Positions 9,632 through 19,643 of a stretch of DNA of 64,000 nt are shown one piece after another (position 1 is the stretch's first letter; every line of letters starts with the position of its first letter). The notes under the pieces are model-generated. The model was not told the origin of the DNA, searched no databases, and saw nothing but the letters and a program-made list of their open reading frames with translations. Source of the stretch: Planctomycetota bacterium (lineage in GTDB: Bacteria > Planctomycetota > Planctomycetia > Pirellulales > PNKZ01); assembly GCA_018242585.1 (NCBI GenBank), contig JAFEBQ010000001.1, positions 40,956 through 104,955 on the forward strand, given 5' to 3'. The position numbers and the translations under genes were made by a program.

Positions 9632-10172
9632 TTCCGCCTCCGCATCTCCGTTGCTCGCTAGCCCAGCGGCAATCTGTTCCCGTAACGCCCCAACCTACGG
9701 CCAATTGTCCCGGCAACTGCGCCAAGTTGTCAATTGAATGGGCCGAGCCAGGGGCTGATGATGTAGTATATTCCGTCCCGACGTACAAAACCCAACGCCG
9801 TATCGAGCGGCACGTGAAAAAAGGGCGTTTCGTCCGTTGGGTTTGGCCGTGAAGGGCGGACTTTAGGTGAGACGTTTGCCTGTGCTCGCCCGACGCCCTC
9901 TGATTGACACCCGCCGATGAGTGCCGAGATGCCCCGCTTGAAGTCCCCGGCCGAGCCGAGCCGCTCGTCGTCTCGCGGGGGCATTACTTGATTCTTGAGT
10001 CGGGCATCGAGCCGCGGGTGACCCGCGGGCAGCTTACCTGGCAACTCGCGCCGAAGAAGTGATCCTTCGTAGTATCATCGCCGCGCGCTCTGGCATACCA
10101 AGCCGGCGACTCTGTCGCCGTTGGGTGGCGGCCGAGCCGCCGGCTTGGGAAAAGCGAACGCCGTCCGTTCGC

Positions 10173-10778
10173 TCACTTCTCCTCGACGTCCTCGCCATAG
10201 CCGGGGGGGAAGATGCGGTCGCTGTCGCTCGGTTCTTTGTCTGGCGCGGCCTCGCTGACTTCGCCGCCAAACTCGCGCAGCCAGTATTCCACTTCGCTTG
10301 CCGAAACGTGCGGCTGACTCGGCTTGGATGACGACTGTTCCTCGCGCGGGTGGGGCAATTGCGAAAGCAACTGGCCGAACCAAACATCGGCGTCGACGGC
10401 GATGGCCCGGCGGCGTTTAGCGGCCCGTTGCACGCGATGGTCGCTCGACACGACCGTCAGCCGGCGGGGCGAGGTGTCGGCCTGGATCAACTCTTCGAGC
10501 AGTTCATCGGCGCTGGCGTAATCGCGCGCGAAACGAATTTCGATCCCGCGGTGTTGCAACCGGTCGGGTAGACCCGGCGGGGCTTGCGACGCATCGAAGA
10601 CGACCGTCGTGATGCGGCACTCGGCGTCACTGAGAGCCGAGGCCAGCGAGTTGAGCAGGGCCATCCGCGAGCGTTCGAGCCCGCCCGGACCAAAGCCGCG
10701 ACCGACGATGCCGGCCCCGTAGATCAAGTTGTAGCCGTCGATGAGCAACGCCATCCGCTGGTGCTCCCCGGCCAGCAA
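10173..10778 (-). CDS. NYN-domain (YacP/Rae1-like) predicted ribonuclease
   Basis: LLIDGYNLIY ... VVFD ... VVSSDHRVQRAA is the YacP-like NYN pattern. An alternative start is Met9 at 10754. Lies 18 nt downstream of pyrC on the same strand. Confidence 0.7.
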   Translation of the reverse strand: MLAGEHQRMALLIDGYNLIYGAGIVGRGFGPGGLERSRMALLNSLASALSDAECRITTVVFDASQAPPGLPDRLQHRGIEIRFARDYASADELLEELIQADTSPRRLTVVSSDHRVQRAAKRRRAIAVDADVWFGQLLSQLPHPREEQSSSKPSQPHVSASEVEYWLREFGGEVSEAAPDKEPSDSDRIFPPGYGEDVEEK

Positions 10779-10796
10779 TGAACGAGCGAAAACGTA

Positions 10797-12101
10797 TTAC
10801 CGCCCCGCTAGCGCCAGGTTCTCGACGCCGGCGCGGTACTTGACCTGGCCATCGACGATTGTCACGTCGGCCCGGCCGCGCACGCGCCAACCCTGGAACG
10901 GGCTGTTCTTGCTCTTGCTGCGCATTTGCTCGCGCTCGACCGTCCACTCGTAGCCGGGGTCGATAATCGTCACATCGGCCGGCGCACCCGCGCGGAGCGT
11001 GCCGCGATCGAGCCCCAGGATACGCGCCGGGTTGATCGTCATTTTGGCGATCGCCTGCGACCAGTCGAGGTGTCCCGGCTCGATCAGGTGGGTGATCACC
11101 AGCGGCAGCGCCGTTTCGAGCCCCACGATGCCGAACGGGGCGCGGTCAAGTTCTTGCATCTTCTTCTCGGCCGCGTGCGGGGCGTGGTCGGTGACAATGC
11201 AGTCGATCGTGCCGTCCTTCAAGCCTTCGACACAGGCCGCGCGATCGTTCTCGGCCCGTAGCGGCGGGCTCATCTTGAAGTTCGAGTCGAACGAGCGCAG
11301 CGCTTCGTCGGTCAGCACGAAATGGTGCGGACACACCTCGGTGGTCACGCGCACGCCGCGCCGCTTGCCCCGGCGGACGATGTCGATGGCCCCCTCGGTC
11401 GAAATGTGCATGACGTGAATCCGCCCGCCCGTCGTGGCGGCCAGTTCCAGGTCGCGACCGACCATCACGTCTTCAGCGGCCGAGGGCATGCCCGGCAAGC
11501 CGAGAATCATCGACACCAGCCCTTCGTGCATCACGCCGCCGGTGGTCAGCTCGGGCACTTCGGCGTGGTTCAAGATTGGGCGGTCGAACATCTGGGCATA
11601 TTCAAACGCGCGGCGCATCAGCTCGGCGTTGTGGACCGGCGCGCCGTCATCGCTAAAGCCGACGGCGCCGGCCTGGACCAATTGGCCAATCTCGGCCAAT
11701 TCCTTCCCTTCGCGGTCCTTGCTGACACAAGCCACCACGTAAACGTGACAGTTACCGGCCAGGGCGGCCTGGTGCTGGATGAACTCGACGGTCCCCTGGG
11801 TGTCGATCGGCGGCTCGGTGTTGGGCATGCAGACGATGCTGGTGAACCCGCCGGCGATCGCGGCCGCGGTCCCCGTGGCGATCGTCTCGTCTTCCTCGCG
11901 GCCGGGCTCGCGCAGGTGGACGTGCATATCGATCAGGCCCGGCGTGACGATCTTGCCCGTAGCGTCGATTACCTCGTGGTGCGCTTGCCGCGCCACGTCG
12001 AAGCCGGCGATCTTGCCGTCGACGATCAGCACGCTGGTCACGCGGTCGATCGATTGGCTGGGATCGATCACGCGGCCGTTTTCAATCAGGATGCTGGTCA
12101 T
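10797..12101 (-). CDS. pyrC: Dihydroorotase
   Basis: 434 aa. Has PGLIDMHVHLREPG metal-binding HxH and the amidohydrolase fold throughout. Confidence 0.9.
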   Translation of the reverse strand: MTSILIENGRVIDPSQSIDRVTSVLIVDGKIAGFDVARQAHHEVIDATGKIVTPGLIDMHVHLREPGREEDETIATGTAAAIAGGFTSIVCMPNTEPPIDTQGTVEFIQHQAALAGNCHVYVVACVSKDREGKELAEIGQLVQAGAVGFSDDGAPVHNAELMRRAFEYAQMFDRPILNHAEVPELTTGGVMHEGLVSMILGLPGMPSAAEDVMVGRDLELAATTGGRIHVMHISTEGAIDIVRRGKRRGVRVTTEVCPHHFVLTDEALRSFDSNFKMSPPLRAENDRAACVEGLKDGTIDCIVTDHAPHAAEKKMQELDRAPFGIVGLETALPLVITHLIEPGHLDWSQAIAKMTINPARILGLDRGTLRAGAPADVTIIDPGYEWTVEREQMRSKSKNSPFQGWRVRGRADVTIVDGQVKYRAGVENLALAGR

Positions 12102-12150
12102 TCGCTTGCCGTCCTTCGGGGTCGGTAGTGACGTGTCTGCTTGTGTCTTT

Positions 12151-12251
12151 GTAGGTCAGGCCTTGGCCTGACATCAATGTGGGATCCATTTCTTACAGCG
12201 ATACCGCTTGTTCCGCAGGACACAATAATGTCAGGCCAAGGCCTGACCTAC
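12151..12251. repeat. 101-bp double-hairpin element in the pyrB-pyrC spacer, copy 1 of 2
   Basis: The left arm is gtaggtcaggccttggcctgacat (12151-12174). The right arm is atgtcaggccaaggcctgacctac (12228-12251). The arms are perfect inverted copies, and each contains the palindrome gtcaggcc..ggcctgac. Confidence 0.85.
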
Positions 12252-12267
12252 GCTTATCGCCACCGTC

Positions 12268-13230
12268 TTACATCTCAAGCCGTTTGCAAATCAGCCACAA
12301 CACCGCCATCCGCACCGCCAGGCCGTTGCTGACTTGTTCCAGGATGACCGAGTGGGGGCCGTCGGCCACCTCGGGCGTGACTTCCACGCCGCGGTTGATC
12401 GGGCCGGGGGCCAGAATCAGGATGTCGTCCTTGGCCCGGGCGATCCGTTCGCGGTTCATCGCATACAGCAGCGCGTACTCTCGAACCGACGGGAACGGCC
12501 GCGTCGTCTGTCGCTCGAATTGTATCCGCAACAGGTTCAACACATCGCAGCGCGGCAGAACTTCATCCAGGTTGTGCGAAACTTCGACGCCCAGCTCCCG
12601 CCAGCGCGGCGAGACCAGGGTGGCCGGCCCGCAGAGGATCACATGCGCGCCCAGCTTCTTGAGCCCCCAGATGTTGCTGCGGGCGGTGCGGCTGAACTGA
12701 ATGTCGCCGACCAGCGCGACGGTCAAGCCGGCGATCGAACCGCGCTGCTGGCGGATAGTCAGCAAGTCGAGCAGCCCCTGCGTCGGGTGCTCGTGCGGAC
12801 CGTCGCCGGCATTGATCACGGCGCAGTCCAAATTGTCGGCCAGCAGATGAGGCGTGCCGGGGGTCCGATGGCGGACGACCATCACATCGACTCCCATCGC
12901 TTCGATGTTCTTGGCCGTGTCGATGCAGGTTTCGCCTTTGGAAAGACTGCTGCCACTGGCGGCAAAGTCGATGGTGTCGGCCCCCAACCGCCGGGCCGCG
13001 AGAGAGAAGCTAATCCGCGTGCGGGTCGAGTTCTCGAAGAACAGATTGGCCATCGTCTTGCCGGCCAGAATGGGCAGCTTCTGGCGACAGCCGCCGGTGG
13101 CGTCTTTCAGACTTTCGGCCGTGTCGAGGATCAGGGTGATCTCGTCAGCCGTCAGCTCTTCGAGGCCCAATAAATGACGATGCGTCCAAGCTGCCGCGGC
13201 CGACTCCCAAGCGCTGGTCTCGAGGCTCAT
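12268..13230 (-). CDS. pyrB: Aspartate carbamoyltransferase catalytic subunit
   Basis: 320 aa. Has the FFENSTRTR carbamoyl-phosphate motif and the HPTQGLLD motif. Confidence 0.95.
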   Translation of the reverse strand: MSLETSAWESAAAAWTHRHLLGLEELTADEITLILDTAESLKDATGGCRQKLPILAGKTMANLFFENSTRTRISFSLAARRLGADTIDFAASGSSLSKGETCIDTAKNIEAMGVDVMVVRHRTPGTPHLLADNLDCAVINAGDGPHEHPTQGLLDLLTIRQQRGSIAGLTVALVGDIQFSRTARSNIWGLKKLGAHVILCGPATLVSPRWRELGVEVSHNLDEVLPRCDVLNLLRIQFERQTTRPFPSVREYALLYAMNRERIARAKDDILILAPGPINRGVEVTPEVADGPHSVILEQVSNGLAVRMAVLWLICKRLEM

Positions 13231-13367
13231 GGGCGCAGTATCTCCCCGGTTGGGCCAAACATGAAAACAAGAGCGAATCGCCGGGAAACGATTCTAACAA
13301 TCTAGCCGTGGGCTGCAAGCAATGCAGGCTGGTGGTAATGGGGCAGTCGAATCAGTAGCTGGCCTTG

Positions 13368-13685
13368 TTAAGCGGAATGATTTTTTGCGAGCGTGCGCAA
13401 TGTCGCCGCCCGGAGGATGAAATAGGCGAGTGCATAAGCGCCTAGAATTGCATGTAGCAGCCCGATCGCGAGGCTACCCCACGGCGCGACTGCAATGTCA
13501 ATCAATTCCGCAACGCCCCAAAACGCGAGCGGGAGTACGGGAATAATTGGCATCCAACTAAAACCACGCCGGCTGCCATCTGGCAGCGGATCGCGGATGT
13601 TCTCGATACCCTTATCGACAGTGCCGCAAAGCACCCATAAAATCCAAAAGAACCAGATCAAGAGTTGAAGTTTCCACCATTCCAT
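13368..13685 (-). CDS. Small three-TM membrane protein, function unknown
   Basis: Read from Met104 of the 208-aa track ORF: MEWWKLQLLIWFFWILWVLCG... (105 aa). The N-terminal part of the track ORF overlaps the NUDIX gene region and looks non-coding. The local sequence is visibly less GC-rich than the flanks. Confidence 0.45.
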   Translation of the reverse strand: MEWWKLQLLIWFFWILWVLCGTVDKGIENIRDPLPDGSRRGFSWMPIIPVLPLAFWGVAELIDIAVAPWGSLAIGLLHAILGAYALAYFILRAATLRTLAKNHSA

Positions 13686-13789
13686 GCCCCCGATTCTACT
13701 ACGGTACATAAACTGCTTGCCAACGCCAGGCGGCGGTATTGGGGCAAGTTGACGCCGGGAATCTTTGGAGAGCGTAAAACGCTCGGCAA

Positions 13790-14323
13790 TTATTCCAGCG
13801 TGACTTCGCCGGTCATTACCAGGTCGATAAATCGCCGGTTGCTTTCCAGCAAGTTCGGCAGCGTCAGAATCTCGGCCGGCGTACACCAGACGACCTTCTG
13901 CACCTCGTTCGTGTTTGGTTTCATCACGGCCAGGTCGGCGACCGAGACTCTCCACCAACTGAGATCGACGCCCCACGATGTGGTCCAGCGCCACAGTTGC
14001 CGCGTTGGCCGCACGTCGAGGGCCAGCTCTTCGCGCAGCTCGCGGGCCAGGGCGACTTCTTCGGTTTCGTTCTGTTCAATGTGGCCGCCCGGAAAGCAGT
14101 AGGCCCCCGGCGCAGGGATGTAAAGGGCGCGCTGGATCACCAGCAGCTTCTCCCCCTCGGCGATGACCGCTACCACGCCGCGACGAACCGGCTTGTCGCC
14201 GGACGCTGAGGCTAGCTGCGGCGTTTTCACCGTTTCGTCGTCGGGCAAGGCATCATCTCGGGGGGCTTCGGTGTGGCGGGATGACACAGATTTCATTGGT
14301 TTGGGCTCGCCGTGCGGGTTCAT
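13790..14323 (-). CDS. NUDIX hydrolase
   Basis: The Nudix box GGHIEQNETEEVALARELREELAL (GX5EX7REUXEEXGU) is present. Confidence 0.85.
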   Translation of the reverse strand: MNPHGEPKPMKSVSSRHTEAPRDDALPDDETVKTPQLASASGDKPVRRGVVAVIAEGEKLLVIQRALYIPAPGAYCFPGGHIEQNETEEVALARELREELALDVRPTRQLWRWTTSWGVDLSWWRVSVADLAVMKPNTNEVQKVVWCTPAEILTLPNLLESNRRFIDLVMTGEVTLE

Positions 14324-14515
14324 CGGTCTCGATGCCGACAGTAGAATGCCTACGGATCAAATGACAAGTTCCGGCCTGGTGCCACATCGCACTGATGGAC
14401 AAGCCACCCGTGGCACCCGGTTGATTACGCAAAGTACCACGTTTGCCCCGGCTTGGTCAGGGATCACCCTGGTGAACGATGGCCTTCGGCAGCGAAATGT
14501 TTGGAAAGGATTGGC

Positions 14516-16528
14516 ATGAGCGAACCTTCGACCGGCCCTGAGTCGGGATCCAAGAACCGGTCCTCGGTCCCCCGGTCGGGCATGTGGCCCATTCTGTTTG
14601 CCATCGCGATGCTGATGGCCATTTACTTCAGCATGAACTACAGCGAGTGGTCCAGCCGGTCGCTGATCAGCTATGGCTTCTTCATGCAACAGTTGAAGGA
14701 CCATAACGTCGCCCAGGTCGAACTGGTCAGCTACAGCAAAGCGCTCGGCGAGTTCAAAAAGATCCCCGCCACGCCCGAGGAAGTCGACGCCGAAGGGAAG
14801 TCCAAGGCCACTCAGCCGCTGCAACAGAAGTTCGCCGTGGTGCTCAGCCCGCTGGCCGGCGAAAAGCTGGACGAGATTTTGCGCAACGAGTTGGGCGAGC
14901 ACTATCGAGCCAACTTGCCGACGGACAACACGGTGCCCCAGATGATCTTGTATCTGGTTGTGCCGCTGATCTTTTTGGCCATTGTCTGGATGATGGTCCG
15001 GCGGATGCGCGACCAGTTCATGGGGGGCGGCATCTTGTCAGCCTTTGGCAAGAGCCCCGCCAAGCGCTACGAGAGCAACGCGCAGCGGATCACGTTCGCC
15101 GACGTGGCCGGCCTGGAAAACGTCAAGAACGACCTGGCCGAAGTGGTCGAGTTCCTGAAGAACCCCGAGAAGTTCCAACGCCTGGGAGGGCGCATTCCCA
15201 AGGGGGTGCTCTTGATGGGGCCGCCGGGAACCGGCAAGACCCTGTTGGCCAAGGCGGTCGCCGGCGAGGCGGGCGTGCCGTTCTTTTCGATCAGCGGCTC
15301 GGAGTTCATTCAAATGTTCGTCGGCGTCGGCGCCAGCCGAGTGCGCGACATGTTCAAAACGGCCAAAGAATCGTCGCCGTGCATTTTGTTCGTCGACGAA
15401 ATCGACGCCGTGGGGCGCATCCGCGGCGCTGGCCTGGGCAGCGGCCAGGACGAACGCGAGCAGACACTGAACCAGATTCTGAGCGAGATGGACGGCTTCA
15501 CGCCGACTGAATCGGTGATCGTATTGGCCGCGACCAATCGGCCCGACGTGCTTGATCCGGCGCTGTTGCGGCCGGGACGTTTCGATCGGCACATCACGGT
15601 CGACCGGCCGAACCTGGCGGGTCGTGTGGCCATTTTCAAGGTTCACACCCGGAACGTGGTGCTGGCTGACGATGTCGATATCGAACGCCTGGCCGCCGGC
15701 ACGGTGGGGCTCACCGGAGCCGACATTCGCAATCTGGTCAACGAAGCGGCGCTGTGGGCGACGCGCGAAGGAAAAGACCGCGTCACGATGGAGGACTTTG
15801 AAGTTGCCCGGGACCGGGTGCTGATGGGCCCCAAGCGCGAGGAAGTGCTGGCCGGCAAGGAAAAGACGATGACCGCCTATCACGAGTCGGGGCACGCGCT
15901 GCTGGCGTGGTTGCTGCCCGGCACCGACAAGGTCCACAAGGTGACGATCATTCCGCGCGGACGCGCGCTCGGCGTGACGCAACTTTTGCCGGCCGAGGAC
16001 CGGATGAACATCGGCGAGGAAGAGTTGCATTCGCGGCTGGTGTTCATGCTCGGTGGTCGCGCGGCCGAAAAGCTGGTGTTTGGCGAGTATAGCGCCGGCG
16101 CCGAGGACGACCTGAGGCGGTGTACCCAGTTGGCCCGCCGGATGGTGACGCATTGGGGAATGAGCGAGCGCGTGGGGCCGGTGGCCTATCGCTCGAGCGA
16201 AGAAAACCCGTTCCTGGGGCGCGAGATCATCGAGCAGCGCGAGTTCAGCGAGCACATGGCCCAGGTGATCGACGAAGAAGTCTCCAAGATACTCCACGAG
16301 GCGGCCGATCGCTCGTTCAAGATGCTCGAAGAGCAGCGCCCGCAACTCGACCTGCTGGCCAAGACGCTGGAAGAGCGCGAGATTCTGGACGAACGGGACT
16401 TGGAGCTATTACTAGGCCCCGCGGCGGCGCGAAACGGCCGGAATACCGCGGTGATCGCCCCCGGCGGCAGCCTGGATCCCGTCGCCACCGGCGCCAATGT
16501 GGGGGCGAAGGCGAGCGGGCAGGCGTAG
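14516..16528 (+). CDS. ftsH: ATP-dependent zinc metalloprotease FtsH
   Basis: Two N-terminal TM helices. Walker A GPPGTGKT, Walker [12 protein letters not shown] region and the HESGHAL zinc site are all present. The start was chosen at ATG 14516 (Met22 of the track ORF), behind ggaaagga. Confidence 0.95.
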   Translation: MSEPSTGPESGSKNRSSVPRSGMWPILFAIAMLMAIYFSMNYSEWSSRSLISYGFFMQQLKDHNVAQVELVSYSKALGEFKKIPATPEEVDAEGKSKATQPLQQKFAVVLSPLAGEKLDEILRNELGEHYRANLPTDNTVPQMILYLVVPLIFLAIVWMMVRRMRDQFMGGGILSAFGKSPAKRYESNAQRITFADVAGLENVKNDLAEVVEFLKNPEKFQRLGGRIPKGVLLMGPPGTGKTLLAKAVAGEAGVPFFSISGSEFIQMFVGVGASRVRDMFKTAKESSPCILFVDEIDAVGRIRGAGLGSGQDEREQTLNQILSEMDGFTPTESVIVLAATNRPDVLDPALLRPGRFDRHITVDRPNLAGRVAIFKVHTRNVVLADDVDIERLAAGTVGLTGADIRNLVNEAALWATREGKDRVTMEDFEVARDRVLMGPKREEVLAGKEKTMTAYHESGHALLAWLLPGTDKVHKVTIIPRGRALGVTQLLPAEDRMNIGEEELHSRLVFMLGGRAAEKLVFGEYSAGAEDDLRRCTQLARRMVTHWGMSERVGPVAYRSSEENPFLGREIIEQREFSEHMAQVIDEEVSKILHEAADRSFKMLEEQRPQLDLLAKTLEEREILDERDLELLLGPAAARNGRNTAVIAPGGSLDPVATGANVGAKASGQA

Positions 16529-16566
16529 CGCACAACGCTCGCAGGCAGGTAACACCCGCAATTCTT

Positions 16567-16642
16567 CCGTCATTCCCGCGCAGGCGGGAATCTAGCGTGG
16601 AGACTTTTGCCCCCTAGATTCCCGCCTGCGCGGGAATGACGG
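16567..16642. repeat. 76-bp double-hairpin element (ATTCCC-N8-GGGAAT arms), copy 1
   Basis: The arms are ccgtcattcccgcgcaggcgggaatctag and ctagattcccgcctgcgcgggaatgacgg. Each arm is a perfect 8-bp hairpin, and the arms are inverted. Lies 39 nt after the ftsH stop. Confidence 0.9.
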
Positions 16643-16806
16643 ACGGGGGGATTGCGCTCCAGCCAGGTTCAGAAGTGCAGGCGTTTTTTCCGACGCGCGG
16701 GGCAAACGCCTCTTGAGACGCGCCGGCGGGCTAGTATCCTCAATGGCTCGCGTCGGTGGCGTTCACTCCCACTCGACGAGTTTGCCAACCCGAAAGGAAC
16801 GCTCGC

Positions 16807-17247
16807 ATGTCTCGCTTGCAAAACTTCTCGTCGCGACGTTGGGTCGTGACTTCCGTGGCGCTTGTGGCCCTGGCCGTCGTGGCCTGGGGGCTACGGTCGC
16901 ACGCTCTTGCCAACTTACCCGCCGAAGGAACCAGCCCGATGCTCGCCCACATTGTCTATTTCTCGTTGAACGACCCGACCGACGCCAACCGGCAGAAGCT
17001 GGTCGATGCCTGTGACAAGTATCTGTCCAAGCACCCAGGCACGGTGTTCTACTGTACCGGCACGCTGGCCGATCTGGCCCGGCCGGTGAACGACCGGGAC
17101 TTTGACGTCGCGCTGCACGTGATCTTCAAGGACCGAGCCGCGCACGACGCCTATCAGACCGCGCCGCTCCACTTGCAATTCATTGCCGAGAACAAGGAAA
17201 CTTGGAAGAAGGTCCGCGTGTTCGATAGTGATATCGCGGCCAAGTGA
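16807..17247 (+). CDS. Dabb (stress-responsive alpha/beta-barrel) domain protein with N-terminal signal/anchor
   Basis: HIVYFSLNDP...HPGTVFYCTG...DVALHVIFKDRAAHDAYQTAPLHLQF is the Dabb pattern. The start was chosen at Met18 of the track ORF. Confidence 0.75.
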   Translation: MSRLQNFSSRRWVVTSVALVALAVVAWGLRSHALANLPAEGTSPMLAHIVYFSLNDPTDANRQKLVDACDKYLSKHPGTVFYCTGTLADLARPVNDRDFDVALHVIFKDRAAHDAYQTAPLHLQFIAENKETWKKVRVFDSDIAAK

Positions 17248-17322
17248 TTACCGACGCTACTCAACACGACACCAGCCGCCCCAAAACATTCCCGCCCACT
17301 CAACCCACGTGAGGTTCCCGCC

Positions 17323-18738
17323 ATGGCTCGCCAACGTACTCGTCGCTCGTTCATGAAAGAATCCGGCCTGGCCGGCGTCGGCTTTTGGGTCGCCGCGGGT
17401 CTGCAAGCCCAGCAAAGCAAATCGCCCAACGAGCGCGTGCAGGTGGCGTGCATTGGCGTCGGCGGCAAGGGTTCGAGCGACACCGATCAGGCCGGCCAGG
17501 TGGCCGAGATCGTGGCGCTGTGCGACATCGACGAAAACTACTTGAACAAGAAGGCCGAGAAGTTCCCCGACGCCAAGAAGTACTACGACTTCCGCCAGAT
17601 GCTCGATGAAATGGGCAAGTCGATCGACGCCGTCACGGTCAGCACGCCCGACCACACCCACGCGCCGGCCAGCATGATGGCCATGAAGCTGGGCAAGCAC
17701 GTCTATTGCCAGAAGCCGCTGACGCACACCGTGCATGAAGCCCGGCTGATGCGCGAAACCGCGGCCAAGATGAACGTCGTGACCCAGATGGGCAATCAGG
17801 GAACGGCGGCCAACGGCCTGCGCCGCGCGGCCGAGATTCTGCGCGCCGGAGTATTGGGCGACGTCAAGGAAGTACACGTTTGGACCAATCGGCCGGTCTG
17901 GCCGCAAAGCTCCGACGCCATTCTGATGACCAAGGCCGGCCGCGCCGCGGCATTGTCGGCGCTGCATGGCAAGGCGCTGGCCGAGTTGCCCGCCACGCCG
18001 GTCCCGTCGCACGTGCATTGGGATTTGTTCCTCGGCCCCGCGCCGGAACGTCCCTACGAAGAGCGCGTCTATCACCCGTTCAACTGGCGCGGCTGGTGGG
18101 ACTATGGCACCGGGGCGCTCGGGGACATGGCCTGTCACACGGCGAACATGGCGTTCAACGCGCTCAAGCTGACCGCGCCGTCGTCGATCGACGCCAAGAG
18201 TGCCGAGGTCAATCCCGAGACGTTCCCCAGTTGGGCTGTGATTCATTTCCAGTTCCCCGGCATCGAAGGGCGCGGGCCGATCAAGTTCGTCTGGTACGAA
18301 GGGCAAGAACGGGCTCGCAAGAAGCTGCCGCCGGACTCGCTGCTGCAAGGGGAAAAGCCGAGCGACAGCGGCTCGCTGATCATCGGCGAGAAGGGGACCC
18401 TCTATTCGCCCAACGACTACGGGGCCGAGTACAAGTTCCTGGGCCCTCACGCCAAGGAGATCGTGGCGGCCTGCGAGCAGGTGCCCGAGACGATTCCTCG
18501 GAACGGCAAGGGTGACCTGGGCATGAAGGAAGAGTGGATCGCCGGCATCAAGGGTGGCCCGGCCCCGATGTCGAACTTCCAGTACGCCAGCACACTGACC
18601 GAGTCGATTTTACTGGGCAACGTAGCCATCAAGGCCGGCCGCAAGGTCGAATACGACGGCGCGACGGGCAAGGTGACGAACGACCCGAGCCTGAACGCGC
18701 TGTTGACCAAGGAATACCGCAGCGGCTGGACGCTGTGA
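17323..18738 (+). CDS. Gfo/Idh/MocA family oxidoreductase with twin-arginine signal
   Basis: TAT motif MARQRTRRSFMKESGLAGVG. Rossmann motif VACIGVGGKG. The C-terminal domain is typical of periplasmic Gfo/Idh/MocA proteins. Confidence 0.9.
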   Translation: MARQRTRRSFMKESGLAGVGFWVAAGLQAQQSKSPNERVQVACIGVGGKGSSDTDQAGQVAEIVALCDIDENYLNKKAEKFPDAKKYYDFRQMLDEMGKSIDAVTVSTPDHTHAPASMMAMKLGKHVYCQKPLTHTVHEARLMRETAAKMNVVTQMGNQGTAANGLRRAAEILRAGVLGDVKEVHVWTNRPVWPQSSDAILMTKAGRAAALSALHGKALAELPATPVPSHVHWDLFLGPAPERPYEERVYHPFNWRGWWDYGTGALGDMACHTANMAFNALKLTAPSSIDAKSAEVNPETFPSWAVIHFQFPGIEGRGPIKFVWYEGQERARKKLPPDSLLQGEKPSDSGSLIIGEKGTLYSPNDYGAEYKFLGPHAKEIVAACEQVPETIPRNGKGDLGMKEEWIAGIKGGPAPMSNFQYASTLTESILLGNVAIKAGRKVEYDGATGKVTNDPSLNALLTKEYRSGWTL

Positions 18739-18823
18739 GCGAGTGCTGACTGCGGAATGATGAGTGATGAATGGCCGGCGTTCGCCGCGCCGGCCATCCG
18801 CATCAACGTGCTAACCACCATAA

Positions 18824-18853
18824 GCCCAGGGGTTCCACCCCCTGGGCTTTTTT
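18824..18853 (+). terminator. Rho-independent terminator
   Basis: The stem is gcccagggg/cccctgggc with loop ttcca, followed by ttttttatt. Lies downstream of the oxidoreductase gene. Confidence 0.75.
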
Positions 18854-19238
18854 ATTGCCATTCAGGGACACATGAAGACACCATCGCGAGCCCCGGGCGG
18901 CCGGCCGAGCAGGAGCCACGAACTTCGCCTGCGATCAATGGGGGGCGAAAGCGCAACCACAACAGGAAGCCGCCCAGCACCGCCATCGATAGGGCAAAGT
19001 ACGGCAGCGGGTTCACCGACGCACCACGCTCGGCTTGCGAACGCTTGAGGTGGCGAATCGCGAAATTGAGCGCGATCGCAATGGCGACCGTCGACAGTAT
19101 TCCCAGGCCGAAATAGGCGCCCAAAACAACCGGGCCGGCCAGCAACAGTAAAGCGATCAAAGCAGGTCGTTGCCAGCGACCTGAGTTAGCTTCGACGGTT
19201 TGCCGAGGCGCTTCATAAGGGTTTGATTCCTCTGCCAT
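18852..19238 (-). CDS. Small membrane protein, function unknown
   Basis: 128 aa with N-terminal NPYEAP and then three hydrophobic helices. No recognisable domain. Confidence 0.5.
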   Translation of the reverse strand: MAEESNPYEAPRQTVEANSGRWQRPALIALLLLAGPVVLGAYFGLGILSTVAIAIALNFAIRHLKRSQAERGASVNPLPYFALSMAVLGGFLLWLRFRPPLIAGEVRGSCSAGRPGLAMVSSCVPEWQ

Positions 19239-19331
19239 GGCGGCATCATAGCGAGTGAATCAGCTTTCCGCCAAAGCTACTTCGGTTGATGTCATCGGAC
19301 GGCGATCAGTAGGCGGCATTCGAGTTTCGAG

Positions 19332-19404
19332 CGTCATTCCCGCGCAGGCGGGAATCTAGACGTCAACCGCCACCACTAGATTCCCGCCTGCGCGGGAATG
19401 ACGG
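19332..19404. repeat. 73-bp double-hairpin element (ATTCCC-N8-GGGAAT arms), copy 2
   Basis: The arms are identical to those at 16567-16642, but the spacer differs. Confidence 0.9.
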
Positions 19405-19466
19405 TATCGACCGGCAAGGATCAGCATTGGCGCCCGCCAGGTGGGCGCGATTTGAAGTTGAGAGGG

Positions 19467-19625
19467 GATCCTCATCCGGCCTTCGGCCACCTTCTCCCGG
19501 CGGGAGAAGGGCTAGCGCTGGCTCGGTGATGATGGGTCAGCTGCGCGCCAGCTCATACTCATCGCTAGCCGCTAACTGCTTCTCCTGCAACTGACTACTG
19601 ACGACGGACAACTGACCCTGCAAAA
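19467..19625. repeat. Composite repeat (ctcatccggccttcggccaccttctcccgg..gggagaaggg + gatgatgg + caactgac runs), copy in inverse orientation to 54798-54960
   Basis: About 75 nt match the reverse complement of 54885-54960. This is followed by caactgactactgacgacggacaactgacc. Confidence 0.7.
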
Positions 19626-19643
19626 CATAGCAGCGCGTGGCCC

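Noticed and set aside
15038-16345. 435-aa minus-strand ORF
   Set aside because: It is antisense to ftsH, which is unambiguous.
17257-18450. 397-aa minus-strand ORF
   Set aside because: It is antisense to the Gfo/Idh/MocA gene.
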